Part shown: positions 10,450-22,607 of the stretch, one piece after another
How the letters are laid out: each line of letters begins with the position of its first letter
How positions within the stretch are numbered: position 1 is the stretch's first letter
Source of the DNA: an uncultured cyanobacterium
Lineage (GTDB): Bacteria > Cyanobacteriota > Cyanobacteriia > Cyanobacteriales > Cyanobacteriaceae
Length of the DNA stretch: 64,000 nt
Assembly (NCBI GenBank): GCA_963710605.1
Contig: CAVQBA010000005.1
Location: 1 to 64,000 of the forward strand
Direction: 5' to 3'
The notes under the pieces: model-generated
Told to the model about the DNA's origin: nothing
Seen by the model: the letters and a program-made list of their open reading frames with translations, nothing else
The model's database searches: none
Translations under genes and position numbers: made by a program

Positions 10450-11327
10450 TTATATTTCTTCCCAACCACTCACACCAGAAGACATCATGTAACTAGTTAC
10501 ACTCGCTTCAAAAAAGTTAGCTTTGGTATTACCTTCTTTTTTGGTGTCAGAAAATTTTTCTAGATGAGTATAAGGACTTTTCGCATAAATAGCGTCTTTG
10601 TATAAAGGCTCTAAACCGATCGCTCTTAAACGAATATTCGCCATATATTTGGTATAACGTTCTGTACTAGAAGAGGTAATCCCTAATATATTGTTACCGA
10701 CAATGTGGTCAGTCCAACGACATTCGTGTTCTACGGCGGTGGCAAACATTTCATAAATACGATCGATCGAGTAATCAAAAGTTTTCATCGCTTCAGGAAT
10801 CAATTTTTGATACAAACGGACGTGAGATAATTCATCACGATTGATCATTTTGAAAATATCAGCCGAACCTGGCATGAGCATTCTAGCGGCAAGATTATAG
10901 AAGAAAATAAACCCGTTATAAAAGTAAATTCCCTCTAAAAGATAGTCACCCATTAAAGCCGTGAAATAGTTTTCTTGAGTAGGTTCGTCGATATACTTTT
11001 GATACATACTCGCAATATACTCACAACGCTCTTTTAAAACCTCATCAGTACGCCAAAATTCATAAACTTTGTCACGTCGATCGCTTGGTATAATTGTTTC
11101 GATCATGTATTGATAAGCGTGGTTGTGCATTCCCTCTTGAGAAATCTGTTCTGCCATACACAAGCTAATTTCTGGAGCAGTGATTGAACTTTTAAGATGA
11201 GGAATATTACATGTTTGTACCGAGTCTAAAAAAGTTAGGTATGATAAAATACCTTCAAATGCTCGACGTTCAGCAGTGGTTAAATTCCAATAATCGGTTA
11301 CATCTTGAGTTATGTCTAGTTTTTGCG
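10450..11327 (-). CDS. nrdB: Class I ribonucleotide reductase beta subunit, exon 2
   Basis: (P)QKLDITQD, LTFLDSVQ, QEGMHNHAY, LEGIYFYNGF, RDELSH, NFFE; in frame with exon 1 after intron removal. Confidence 0.92.
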
Positions 11328-13840
11328 GTTAACCTAAGCTCGAACCTCACGGCTTGAACTCGGCTTCAAAACGGTACGTGACACTTTCATGTCATACCGC
11401 TCCTCTCGATAATAGCTACACATTTACTTGTGCAACATCTTAGTGTATTCTTTGATGACAGTGTTTATGGACTAATACTAGATTGTCCTTTTTATTACTG
11501 CCTCCATCTTGGACTGGAGTTACGTGATGAATATCGGTGGAGTCGTCCCACATTATTCTAGTATCACATACTTTACAATTGAACTTTTGTTCTTTATATA
11601 GCTTAGATTTTAATGTGTCTTTGCCATATAAGATACGTAAATTTCTTTCATTCCAGTATTTTTCATCTCCATCATAAGGGCTTTTATTTCCTTTGATTTT
11701 GACGTGTTTATCACCAGCTTTGAATTTATCATGAGTTTTAAGGAGTTCGTTTTCTCCTTTAAATTCCCACTTTCTACCATTAATGGTTGTCCAGTATTTC
11801 TTAACTACCCAGTCTGTACCTTTATTCCTGTGTCTTCTAACTGCCCATCTGAGCAGTCTTTGCCATAGTATATGGTTTAATTTACTGAAGGTTTGTTTGG
11901 AGTTAGAATATCGGTAATAGTTACACCATCGGGTAATCTTTCTTTGTAATGAATTAATCAAATAGTCTTGGTTAATTCCATTCCCTTTAGTAATTAATTG
12001 AGCTAGGCTCTCGTAGTGTTCTTTGATTGCCTCTTTGGAAGGTTGAATATATGTTTTATATCCTAATTTCGTTGTTAAGACTCCATTAGAACAGGAATTG
12101 CTGTGCTTTTTCCCTTTTTCATATTGTCTGATGTTAAATCCTAAAAAGTCTAGCCCTGGTTGATTTCCATTGTACTCATAACGAGTATGTATTATTTTGG
12201 TATTGCTTTGTTTTAGGTTTAATCCCCATTCTTTTAGCCAGTCACCAATTAATTCCTTGCATTTTTCGACTATTTTGATGTCTTCGCAAAGTATCACAAA
12301 GTCATCGGCATATCTAATCAATGTAGGTTTTGATATTTTATAACCATAATTACGTTTGGACATACTAATATATCCTTCTTTGGTGGCTGGAAAATGGTGT
12401 TTTATTAATTCTTCCATTCCATGTAAGGCTATGTTGGCTAATAAAGGCGATATTACTCCTCCTTGTGGTGTACCTTTATTCGGTTTTAATTCACCTCCAT
12501 TTTCGAGTATTCCGCTTTTTAACCATGCCTTAATTTGTCTTCGGAACATGGGTATCTGTGTTACCTTCTTGACCAATTTTTCGTGATCAATTTGGTCAAA
12601 GCACTTTCCAATATCTGCATCTAATACATATTTAGGTTTGTATGTGATGTTTTTTTTGATTGCTTCAATCGCATCCCATGCTCCTCTGTGAGGTCTAAAT
12701 CCATACGAGTTAGGTTCAAACCTAGCTTCCCATTCTGGTTCTAATGCCATTTTCATTAATGCTTGTTTGGCTCTGTCTCTCATTGTGGGAATACCTAGTC
12801 CTCGATTCTCACCGTTTTTCTTAGGAATCCAAACTCTACGTATTTTGTCAGCCTTAGAATCGATATTTAGTTCTTGTACTAATTCGGTTCTTTGGGTGGG
12901 TGTTAGAAGTTTAATCCCATCTACCCCTGCTATTTTTTTTCCCTTGTTGTCTTGAGAGACTTTCCTTACAGCTATTAATTTAGCTGACATCGATTTAGTT
13001 AATAATTTCTGGAGTTTTCTAGCTAATACCAAGTTTCTACTTTGAGATGCTCTATATATCCTACGTTGCAACTTCAAGACTACCGACTGGGCTTTTTGCC
13101 AATCGGTTTGTCTCCATTCAAACTTTGATGTGATTTCCATACTTGTCATGTTGATTGCTTTTTGTAGTTTATAGACTATTTTCAAGTGAGTCTTTGGGCA
13201 TATTCTCACCATTACAATGAGACGTTCGCTTTAAACTCAATCCTTCACCCAATGGGCTTACGCTAGTTACTTCTCTTTTATAAAGAGAGCCATCTTGGGT
13301 TTCACTCGTTCCTATATTTCTTTGTCTGTAACCTTAGAATCTATCTCTCTGCCGAGGACTTTTTATTTGAATCTCGATATAGGGGATACATCCTACATCA
13401 CATTGTCCTGTGGTCATATTTCGACCCTAGTGTCTCAAATTCTTTCACTAGTCAACTTTGACGACAGTTGTCATGATAGTTCGCTTTCGCTATTCATAGT
13501 TACCTACCAAATTCACACTTTTGATTAAATTTATCTTGTAGTGTAATTTTAAATCCCGCTTTACCATTAAAAATTACTAGCTCCTAATGATAGGGAAGTG
13601 GTTTTCACTCCGAGATTGGGAGGAGAGGATTTTAACCTCTAAGAAATATAAGTTGTCAAGGTTCGGTTTTTACTACCTTATTTTTGCGGTAATCCGCATT
13701 AGGTTGTGTAAAAAATTCTTTTTAATACACCTTCTGATCGGTAATTATTATCGAGTACCTTGCTAGGGTTTAGCTACTCTTAAGTATAAGGCTTCTAGCC
13801 TTATACAATAAGAATAGTTCCTACCCTAAACGAGTCGCAC
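11328..13840 (-). mobile_element. Group II intron inserted in nrdB (2513 nt)
   Basis: 5' GTGCGACTCG; domain V GAGCGGTATGACATGAAAGTGTCACGTACCGTTTT; domain VI ending GGTTAAC; removal gives FWI-P-QKL. Confidence 0.95.
11440..13149 (-). CDS. ltrA: Intact intron-encoded RT/maturase/HNH endonuclease (start 13149 preferred over 13212)
   Basis: GIPTMRDR, FEPNSYGFRP, GTPQGGVISPLLANI, RYADD, domain X, CKVC and HHVTP..GGSN..NL..H..CH. Confidence 0.93.
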   Translation of the reverse strand: MTSMEITSKFEWRQTDWQKAQSVVLKLQRRIYRASQSRNLVLARKLQKLLTKSMSAKLIAVRKVSQDNKGKKIAGVDGIKLLTPTQRTELVQELNIDSKADKIRRVWIPKKNGENRGLGIPTMRDRAKQALMKMALEPEWEARFEPNSYGFRPHRGAWDAIEAIKKNITYKPKYVLDADIGKCFDQIDHEKLVKKVTQIPMFRRQIKAWLKSGILENGGELKPNKGTPQGGVISPLLANIALHGMEELIKHHFPATKEGYISMSKRNYGYKISKPTLIRYADDFVILCEDIKIVEKCKELIGDWLKEWGLNLKQSNTKIIHTRYEYNGNQPGLDFLGFNIRQYEKGKKHSNSCSNGVLTTKLGYKTYIQPSKEAIKEHYESLAQLITKGNGINQDYLINSLQRKITRWCNYYRYSNSKQTFSKLNHILWQRLLRWAVRRHRNKGTDWVVKKYWTTINGRKWEFKGENELLKTHDKFKAGDKHVKIKGNKSPYDGDEKYWNERNLRILYGKDTLKSKLYKEQKFNCKVCDTRIMWDDSTDIHHVTPVQDGGSNKKDNLVLVHKHCHQRIH

Positions 13841-14030
13841 GAATCCAGAAATTCTCCCGCATTTGTTGATACAAACCGATCGCCCAAGAATAACGGACAT
13901 CATTTAGTTGCATTAAGTTTGTTGTATTACCAAACCAAACACTTCTATTTTCGATCGCGTCGTCTCCACTGGGATTAAAAATAGGAGTCAAAGGCATTCT
14001 TTCTTCGATTCCTTTTGTTGTGGATACCAT
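13841..14030 (-). CDS. nrdB: Ribonucleotide reductase beta subunit, exon 1
   Basis: GNTTNLMQLNDVRYSWAIGLYQQMRENFWI, then one nucleotide before the intron GTGCG. Confidence 0.9.
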
Positions 14031-15144
14031 AGAATAAATAAGTAAAAAAAATTGCTATACAAATAAAGATTATACCCAATATTCTCTATTTTATTTACTG
14101 TCCAAAAAATTAAATAATTAATTTGCTTTTTAATTACTTTTTGTGCTATGCAATCTATTTATATAATCAAATTGAAGTTAGGAGATATTTTAATTTAGAT
14201 TAGACTAATTCGTCAAATTTATAATCAACAAATCTTTCTTTAGTATTAGATTGAAAAATATTATTTTATAACTAATGTAGCAACGAATACAATCACTTAA
14301 TTAAAAAGAAGGTTATAGTAAGAAAGTAAATAGACAGTTTATCAATCAAAATAACCTACGAATTGATACATCAACCTATAGACCCTAAATACGATTAATA
14401 AACTGCGGGATAAGCGATACAAGTATAATATATTTATCAGAAAATAGTCAGGATAACATCTATTACTCTTAAATTATTACTCACGATCGTTACTTACTAA
14501 GTAAAATCATCTCTCTTCAAGTTAACAATTTGATAAGTAAGCCAACTGATTCAATAATAAGTTTATCTAAAAGATAAAAAGGTTATTTTTTTTACAAGCT
14601 TAATATAATTAGTTAAATAAAACAAGTAATAAAAAGTATTAATTATTAATTAATATTTACTTCAAGTATAAATAAAGATAAAACAGTATTTAAATTATTC
14701 AATTTCAGGATTTATCATTATTATATTTAACTATATTACTAGTCTAAAAAAGATAAGATTTTTTCTGATATTTATATTAACTTTTTATGAAGATACGATT
14801 AATTGAGCAAATTAGATAATAAATGGTATTAATAGATAAAACTAAATACTTAGTTATTTGATTTGCAACCGATAGAGAGATAAATAGAGTTGATAATCGT
14901 AGCAATAAAAACTTACTCGTTATAATTAGCAAGGTCGATAAATTATCACAGCCAATAAAGTTAAGACGGACTTTAATCTTAGCAGGATATTAACAGAAAA
15001 TATCTAAAAACAAGTCTTGAATTGAGTCATTAAATTTTGTCAGTAATCGTTATACCAGTAAATGATATAATTTGCTCTGGACGTTAAGACGATCGGCACT
15101 TGTCGGTACTGCTTGAGCGAGAGTAAAATTCATCAGACAAAAAA

Positions 15145-16155
15145 ATGACTAAAAAGCGTGTATTATCAGGAGTACAACCTACAGGAAATTTACATATAGG
15201 TAACTATTTAGGTGCTATTCGTAACTGGGTAGAAATACAACCTAATTATGACAACTTCTTCTGTGTGGTTGACTTACACGCTATTACAGTACCTCACGAT
15301 CGTAAAACCTTAGCTGATGATACCTACACGATGGCGGCGTTATATTTAGCTTGTGGTATCGATTTAAATCATTCAACAATTTTTATTCAATCTCATGTCA
15401 GTGCTCACGCAGAATTGACATGGTTACTTAACTGTATTACACCTCTTAACTGGTTAGAAAGAATGATTCAGTTTAAAGAAAAAGCAGTTAAACAAGGCGA
15501 AAATGTTAGCGTGGGTTTGTTGGATTATCCTGTTTTGATGGCGGCCGATATTTTATTATATGATGCTGATCAAGTACCTGTAGGCGAAGATCAAAAACAG
15601 CATTTAGAACTAACTCGTGATATTGCGACTAGAGTTAATGATAAATTTGGAACAGAGAAAAAACCGATTTTTAAAGTCCCTGAGCCTTTAATCAGGAAAG
15701 AAGGGGCAAGGGTGATGAGTTTAGCTGATGGTACGAAAAAAATGTCTAAGTCTGACCCCTCGCAATTAAGTAGGATTAATTTATTAGATACTCCTGCTGA
15801 AATCAAAAAGAAAATTAAAAAATGTAAAACAGATACGATTATGGGTTTGAGTTTTGCTGACGATCGTCCTGAGTGTAGTAATTTATTAGGATTATACGCT
15901 ATTTTTAGTAATCAAACAAAAGAAGCAGTAGCCGCTGAATGTGCTGATATGGGTTGGGGTAAATTTAAACCTTTGTTAACAGATTCGATCGTTTCTGCCC
16001 TTGAACCGATTCAAACCAAATATAATGAGATTATGACCGATAAAACTTATTTGGATTCTGTTTTAACTCAAGGTAAAGAAAAAGCTGAGGTAGTCGCAAA
16101 TCAAACTTTACAAAGAGTTAAAGATGATTTGGGATACCTATCAATTAATAATTGA
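15145..16155 (+). CDS. trpS: Tryptophanyl-tRNA synthetase
   Basis: SGVQPTGNLHIGNYLG, VPVGEDQKQH, KMSKS. Confidence 0.97.
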   Translation: MTKKRVLSGVQPTGNLHIGNYLGAIRNWVEIQPNYDNFFCVVDLHAITVPHDRKTLADDTYTMAALYLACGIDLNHSTIFIQSHVSAHAELTWLLNCITPLNWLERMIQFKEKAVKQGENVSVGLLDYPVLMAADILLYDADQVPVGEDQKQHLELTRDIATRVNDKFGTEKKPIFKVPEPLIRKEGARVMSLADGTKKMSKSDPSQLSRINLLDTPAEIKKKIKKCKTDTIMGLSFADDRPECSNLLGLYAIFSNQTKEAVAAECADMGWGKFKPLLTDSIVSALEPIQTKYNEIMTDKTYLDSVLTQGKEKAEVVANQTLQRVKDDLGYLSINN

Positions 16156-16215
16156 TAATTATGCTATATTTATTTTGATCGCTTTTCGGTAGTTGTTATA
16201 TAACAGAGATTAAAA

Positions 16216-17361
16216 ATGAAAATAGCTTATATCACAAAACACAATCCCCATGAAGTGCATTCTTGGTCTGGAACTAACTACAATATGTTTAATTCTTTAG
16301 TTAAGCAGGGTTTAGATGTTACCCATGTGGGAAAATCTTTATGGCATTGGAGCAAACGATTACCTCAACCTCTACGAAAACTTACGAGTTTGTTCTCTCC
16401 AAAAAATCAAAATAATCAAGATCAAGATTTGATTGAATTATCTCGTTATTCAGCAAAACTAATCGAAACAGAATTAAAAACAAAACCTTACGACATTATA
16501 TTTACTCCCGTTTCTTCAAAAGAATGTGCATTGCTAAATATTGACTTACCAATCGTCTATCTATCTGATGCGACTTCTCGCCTTTTAAAAAACTATTATC
16601 CAAATAGAACTTCACAACCAGAAAAAGTCGCAAAACAAAGAGATTTTTTAGAAAGTCAAATAATAGAAAAAGCAAATGCTTTAATTTATTCATCTAAATG
16701 GGCGGCTGATTCAGCTGTTACCGATTATCATGTATCTAAAAATAAAGTTAACGTAATTCCTTTTGGTGCAAATATTCAAAAAATCGATGATTTGGATGAT
16801 ATTCTTAAATATCGCCGACTAGACACAGAAATTAAATTATTGTTTATAGGTAGTGATTGGATACGTAAAGGTGGTGAAATCGCCTTCAACACAGTCAAAC
16901 AATTGAATGAAATGGGTATTAAAGCTCGTTTAATAGTTTGTGGTGCAACCCCACCAGAAAAGTGTCAAACAGAGTATGTTACTGTTAAGGGATATTTGAG
17001 GAAGAATCAGTCAAAAGAATTTGAAGAGTTAATCAGTTTGTTTCGTTCTTGTCATTTTATGTTTGTGCCTTCTAGAGCTGATTGTACTCCGATTGTTTTT
17101 TGTGAAGCTAGTGCTTATGGCTTACCTGTTATTTCTACACAAACTGGTGGTATTTCTAGCGTTGTTTTTGAAGCAGAAAATGGCTATTTACTACCACTTG
17201 AAGCTAAAGCAGAAAAATACGCTAATTTAATCGCTACAATTTTTCAAGACCAAGAAAAATATATGGAATTGGTATTATCATCAAGAAAAGTTTACGAAGA
17301 ACGTTTGAATTGGAAGCAATGGGCAAAAAAAGTTAGTTCTGTTTTAGAATCCTTAGTTTAA
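16216..17361 (+). CDS. GT4-family glycosyltransferase
   Basis: RKGG, PSRADCTPIVFCEASAYGLPVISTQTGGI. Confidence 0.88.
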   Translation: MKIAYITKHNPHEVHSWSGTNYNMFNSLVKQGLDVTHVGKSLWHWSKRLPQPLRKLTSLFSPKNQNNQDQDLIELSRYSAKLIETELKTKPYDIIFTPVSSKECALLNIDLPIVYLSDATSRLLKNYYPNRTSQPEKVAKQRDFLESQIIEKANALIYSSKWAADSAVTDYHVSKNKVNVIPFGANIQKIDDLDDILKYRRLDTEIKLLFIGSDWIRKGGEIAFNTVKQLNEMGIKARLIVCGATPPEKCQTEYVTVKGYLRKNQSKEFEELISLFRSCHFMFVPSRADCTPIVFCEASAYGLPVISTQTGGISSVVFEAENGYLLPLEAKAEKYANLIATIFQDQEKYMELVLSSRKVYEERLNWKQWAKKVSSVLESLV

Positions 17362-17544
17362 AATCAAAAATCAAAATTATCAAATTATCGAAACAGGTAA
17401 TTCTTTATCAGCAAAAATATTTTTAAGTTAATAAAATAAAAAAAATAGCGATTAGAAAAAATGCAAGAATTAAAAAGCAAATTCTTTCAATACCTTAAAA
17501 GCTTAGAGTAATCTAAGATTTTTTTTAATCAAGCCTGAGGTAAT

Positions 17545-19991
17545 ATTAAACTAAGCATAGGAGTCGCCTCCTACACTCGTCTTCAAAACCGTGCTTGAAA
17601 GTTTCCCTTCACACGGCTTTTCTGATAATAAACTCCTTTTCATGGATACGAGTCTTTTTAAACTTCCATCTCTGGTAGTCTTGATGTCATGGCAATGTCT
17701 ATGAAGTACTTGTAGATTATTGTATAAGTCCTTTCCTCCTTTGGACTTAGGAATTTTGTGGTCTATTTCTAGTAAGTCTCCATCTTTAAAATTATGTTCA
17801 CAATGATTACATTTTCCTTTTTGGTTCTTGAGTAATGTTGCCATTCTTGTTGAAACTTCAGGATGTTTGCCAATTCTAGCCGTCCAGTAAATCCAATCTC
17901 CGTCATAAGGTGATTTTTCTCCTCTGACTTTAGAATGTCGTTTGATTTTGGTCTCTGAATGGCTCATTGATTTTGTGCCATTATAATTTTCATCTCTGGT
18001 TGAGAACACCCAATTTTTTAATCCGTATGTGTGCCAATAATTCTTGACTACCCATGTTTTAGATTTTATTGGGATGTCTCCTTTCACTCCATCTTTTGAG
18101 TTGTTGATAGACTATATGGTCACATTTGGAGTAAGTCTCCTTGCTACACTTTGTTCTGTAATAGTTTGCCCAACCTCTGATAATAGGATTGAGTTCTCTA
18201 ATTAGAGCTGTCTGTGGTGATGATTTGTGTTTCCTAATAGTATCCCCAATCTTCTTGATATGGAGTTTGATTTTGTCCTTTGATGGTTTTATGATAGTTT
18301 TAAATCCAAGTAGCACACTATGAGTTGATTTCCCTGTGTGTGTTTTTCCAACTTCATATTGTGGGATATCAAATCCTAAGAAGTCAAAACCTGTGCTTCC
18401 TTCATACCTATTTAGTGTATGAGAGATACGGGTTTTACTTGGTTTTAATTCTAGACCGATGTCTTTTAACCAGTTTTCCATAATACTTTTACATTGGTGG
18501 ATAACCTCTAAGTCTTTATGAAGAATCACAAAGTCATCGGCGTATCTGATGAGAGAGATGCTTCTCTCGTTATTTCTCTTGAGTACCCTTTCCATGTTCT
18601 GGCAAATTTTTTGATTTCCAATTCCATACCGTGAAGGGCTATATTAGCTAATAATGGGGAAATTACACCTCCCTGTGGTGTGCCTTCTTTGGTAGGAGAG
18701 AATTTTTGCTCGTCCATGACTCCTCTTTTTAACCATGATTTAATCTCACGTTTTAGCTGAGGATAGGTTTCAAGTTTTCCAAGTAATTTCTCATGGCTTA
18801 TTTTGTCAAAGCACTTAGCAATATCCGCATCTAACACAAACTTCGGTTGATACCTGATTGCATTAAATATCGCTTCTATTGCATCATGACACGACCTTCC
18901 TGGTCTGAATCCGTAACTATTTGGCTCGAATTTGGATTCCCATTGTGGTTCAAGTGCTAATTTGATTAACCCTTGTTTGACTCTGTCTTCCATACAGGGT
19001 ATTCCCAGTGGTCTTTTTTCTCTGTTAGGTTTTGGTATCCATACTCTGCGAGTCGGTTTGGATTTACCAGTTAGCTTCAGTTGACCTACTAATTCAAGGC
19101 GTTGCTTTGGGGTTAGAGATTTAATTCCATCCACACCAGCTGTTTTCTTTCCTTGATTATCCTGTGTAACCTTTCTAGTTGCTAAGAGTTTTCCATAATA
19201 GGATTTGATAAGTAATCGTTGTAAATTGTGAACCAATTTTGTATTGCCGTTTTGACTCGCTCGATATATTCTTTTTTGTAATCGGAACGTCTCTGTCTCA
19301 ACTTTTTTCCAGTTGATAGCATTCCAGCTTCCGAATCCAACTCCTTTACGGTATTGTGTTCCTATTCCTTCTGAGATATTCACTTTATCAATCAGCGTTG
19401 CTGTTGTCATAATTTTCGTACAAAAGTTGACTATATCTTGTTTATCACAGTGTCCACGTCTGCATATCCATTACGTTACATAATGGCTTTAGCTTTTTGG
19501 ACAATCTTACACTCCATAACCTTACGCTGGTTACTGCTCATTGATTACTCTTTGAGAGGTTATGAGGGTTTTCCCGTTCCTTACTTCCTTTTATCTGACT
19601 TTAGACTCCTTCTATCCACCGCCCTATATATTTGACTCCAGTTCAGTCACACAAAACTGCTGGTACATTAGAGATTACCTTTTGGTCTAGCCTATCAGCC
19701 TTTTGGCTAGTTAATCATAACGATGGTTCAGACGAAGATTTGTATTCCTAGTCGTGGTCAGTGTGCTAGATGGGATTCCAGTTTTAGGCTACCAGTTACC
19801 ACCATTTAATCGAGCTTCAATGTATGGTTTACCAACACCAAGTCATTATCGATTATGCTGTCACACGGTCAATCGTGGGTAGGATTTACACCTACAAGGA
19901 AAGTAAAGTTGTCAAGGTACATTGAATGTAAACCTTGCCTAGCTTCCGTTTTGGCTATTTAGCCTAGACTTTTGCTAGAACAAGATTGCAC
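17545..19991 (-). mobile_element. Group II intron inserted antisense to the host gene
   Basis: 5' GTGCAATCTTG at 19991; domain V AAGCCGTGTGAAGGGAAACTTTCAAGCACGGTTTT; 3' end GTTTAAT; removal joins GGT AAT|TAT GGA GAT. Confidence 0.9.
17551..19410 (-). pseudogene. ltrA: Intron-encoded RT/maturase/HNH broken by two frameshifts (~18580, ~18065)
   Basis: Three consecutive ORFs: RT0-4; YADD plus domain X; HNH (CNHC, IDHKIP..GG..NL..HRHCH). Confidence 0.9.
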
Positions 19992-20168
19992 TATGGAGAT
20001 GATTTGATAACTCTGGGAGCAAGATATGTTTTTGAGCGATTAAATTTTAATTTGACACAGACATTAGAAACAGCCGAATATGTTTTACTTAACGGTGGAG
20101 GAAGATTTAATAGTTTTTGGTCTGATGGTAATATTGATATTAGACGCTATCGCGAAAAAATCCCGATT

Positions 20169-20331
20169 TATAGTTATTTCAATTTAGACTGAGACATTAA
20201 TATTGAGAGAAAAAACTTAAGTATTAAACCCGCCTTGCAATTTCCTTGACAAGGCTAACAGAATCCGTTTAATAAATTAAACTAATATTTAATTCGTTAA
20301 AATTGTCTCATTGTTATTTTAAATTACTATA
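20169..20331. mobile_element. MITE-like element with TATAG..CTATA inverted ends at a TA target
   Basis: Imperfect terminal inverted repeats TATAGTTATTTCAATTTAGACTGAGACA / TGTCTCATTGTTATTTTAAATTACTATA; related copies near 34743-34853 (reverse) and 54925-55032. Confidence 0.75.
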
Positions 20332-22607
20332 CCCATTATCATGGGCCTACAAACTTATAAGTTTACCGAAGCGATCGAATCTGAATTTAGAGAAGTGTGT
20401 CAAATCAGTTCAGCACCTATTATTCTTTTTGCTCGTGAGAATATTAGCTACCAAAAATTATGTGAGATGAAATTACCGAGTAATGTAGAAATTCACCATA
20501 GTCAGGATCTCGCTTTTGAATTGGAAGGAAATTCATTTATTGAACAAGCTAAACAAAATAGCACAGATGAATATGTGTTACTTTGTTTGAGACTCGACAG
20601 AGAATCAAGTTCTTTTTTAATTAAGCAATTTTTTGAATGGCAACAAATGGTAAAGAAAAAAGAGAATTTTAATTTTGTCAAACGTGTGTTATCCAAAACT
20701 CAACGAGTTGCTCGCCCTTTAATTTGGCGTTCTACCTGTAATAACATACTAAGTAAATATGATCTGGAAGATTTACCTTATATTCATAAAGACGTTTCCT
20801 CTGAAGCTCAAAATTTTGAAGACTTTTGTCATCAAATAGAAAAAGCAGCATTTATTATGACTGAACGTGCAATTCGATTTGAGCTAAAAGCGTTACAGAG
20901 TGCACTCTGTAACGCGTGGGTTCAGCAAAAAAAGAGATCCTAAGCGCTCATCTCTTGTAACTATTTTGTTGTTTCCTAAAGGAGGAAAATTCGGGGTTAA
21001 TCAGGAAAATTCACTAGGTAAAAACCTATTGAAATACCTGCGAGAATTACGGCATTACCCTTAGCACTTAGATTATTAGATTAGTTATCAAAATGTTAAA
21101 GCAGGGTAAAAAGGGAACTGAGAGGAAATTTCAACCTCAATAGTAAACGCAAGCCAATCAACTACGACTAGCGAAAGCAAACTTCTGTCATGAACTCTCA
21201 AAACGTCAAAGTGGTGAAAAGAAATTGATACACCACGTCCAAAAGGGATAAGGAAAAAAAGTAGGGATATATTCGGGTTACCTACACCGACCTCTAAAAT
21301 TATCTTGGGAGACAGGAAGAGTCTAAGGCGGATGTACCCAACAGAATGGAACGAATTAACCCCAAACTGGTTCTAAAGGATGAAAACATCATTTAGTAGT
21401 CACAAACTTAAGGCATACACCTAGAGTGGGAATGAGATGAGGTAAAAGCCAACGCCTTACTGTAATGGTAATGGATATGCCCACGTACCCGGCAAATTTA
21501 AATAATGGAGTTTTGAGTAGTAATGAATACAGCAAAAACGAGTTTCAAGACTACGTACGCATGGAACACTATACGTGAGCGAAGGTCGAGCAATTGTACC
21601 TTTCAAGTTGCAAAAGAAAATCCATCAAGCGGTCAAATCGGGACAAAATGCGAAAGCTCGTAATCTCCAAAAGCTATTACAAAAGTCATATTTTTCAAAG
21701 CTCTTAGCGGTACGTAAGGTGTCCCAAGACAACTCAGGGAAGAAAACTGCTGGTGTTGATGGTGTTAAATCATTGACTCCTAATCAGAGGTACAAACTGG
21801 TTGATAAAATTGGTGAACATCACAAATCAAAACCGCTACGTAGGGTGCGGATACCTAAAGCTAATCGTAATGAAAAGCGTCCATTAGGAATTCCAACAAT
21901 GCGTGATAGAGCGAAACAAGCCTTGGTGAAATTAGTCTTAGAACCTTACTGGGAGGGCGATTCGTTGAAGTAAGGAGCGTCTAGAAACTAGACAGGTATG
22001 TACTTCTAGGGGATGGTGGAGAGAAAACCACAAGTACCCTAAACTGTTTGTTTGATGAGGGTGAAAGTCCCTCCCATAAAGAGAAATGTGACTCCTTACC
22101 TGCCCACAGTGACCTGACTCGGAATTTAGGAGGCTGAAGCTGGGAACTAGGACGCAATCAGAGACTAAACAGATAAGTCGCACTGGCGTTAATAGGGAGA
22201 CGACACGAGTAAACAGGTTCTATAAAAGTGTCTTAATGGTTGTCTATCCATCTGAAAACAAAAGGATAAGAACAAATCTTCTCACTCTCACCACGTGTTC
22301 CCAGGACAGTGGTATTCTCTGAGAGGAAGATAGGCAAATTGAACCACTCTAAACCGTCAAAATAATCGAACAAACGGAACGAAAAAAAACAATGAACTTG
22401 GTCTTAAGGGTCGAAACTTAAGTAGGCTAGACGAGCAGTACAACTCCAAGCATTGGGTAGGATGAGGCGTAATTGCCAAAAGGATATCAAACAATGTTCA
22501 ATTAAGTAATCTAGGAATTATGACGCAGTTAAAAAAAAACTAGCGATGATTGGCAACAAATCGAGTGGCGTAAATTACGACAAGATTTGTCAGACTACAG
22601 AAGCGAA

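Noticed and set aside
13424-13452. Loop GAATTT in the CTAGTG/CACTAG hairpin as EBS1 of the nrdB intron
   Set aside because: The equivalent hairpin in introns A and D does not match their exons, whereas the downstream hairpin matches in all three.
13821-13840. C-terminal RATRLG of ORF 13821-14030 as part of a separate small protein
   Set aside because: It is read-through into the intron; the ORF is nrdB exon 1.
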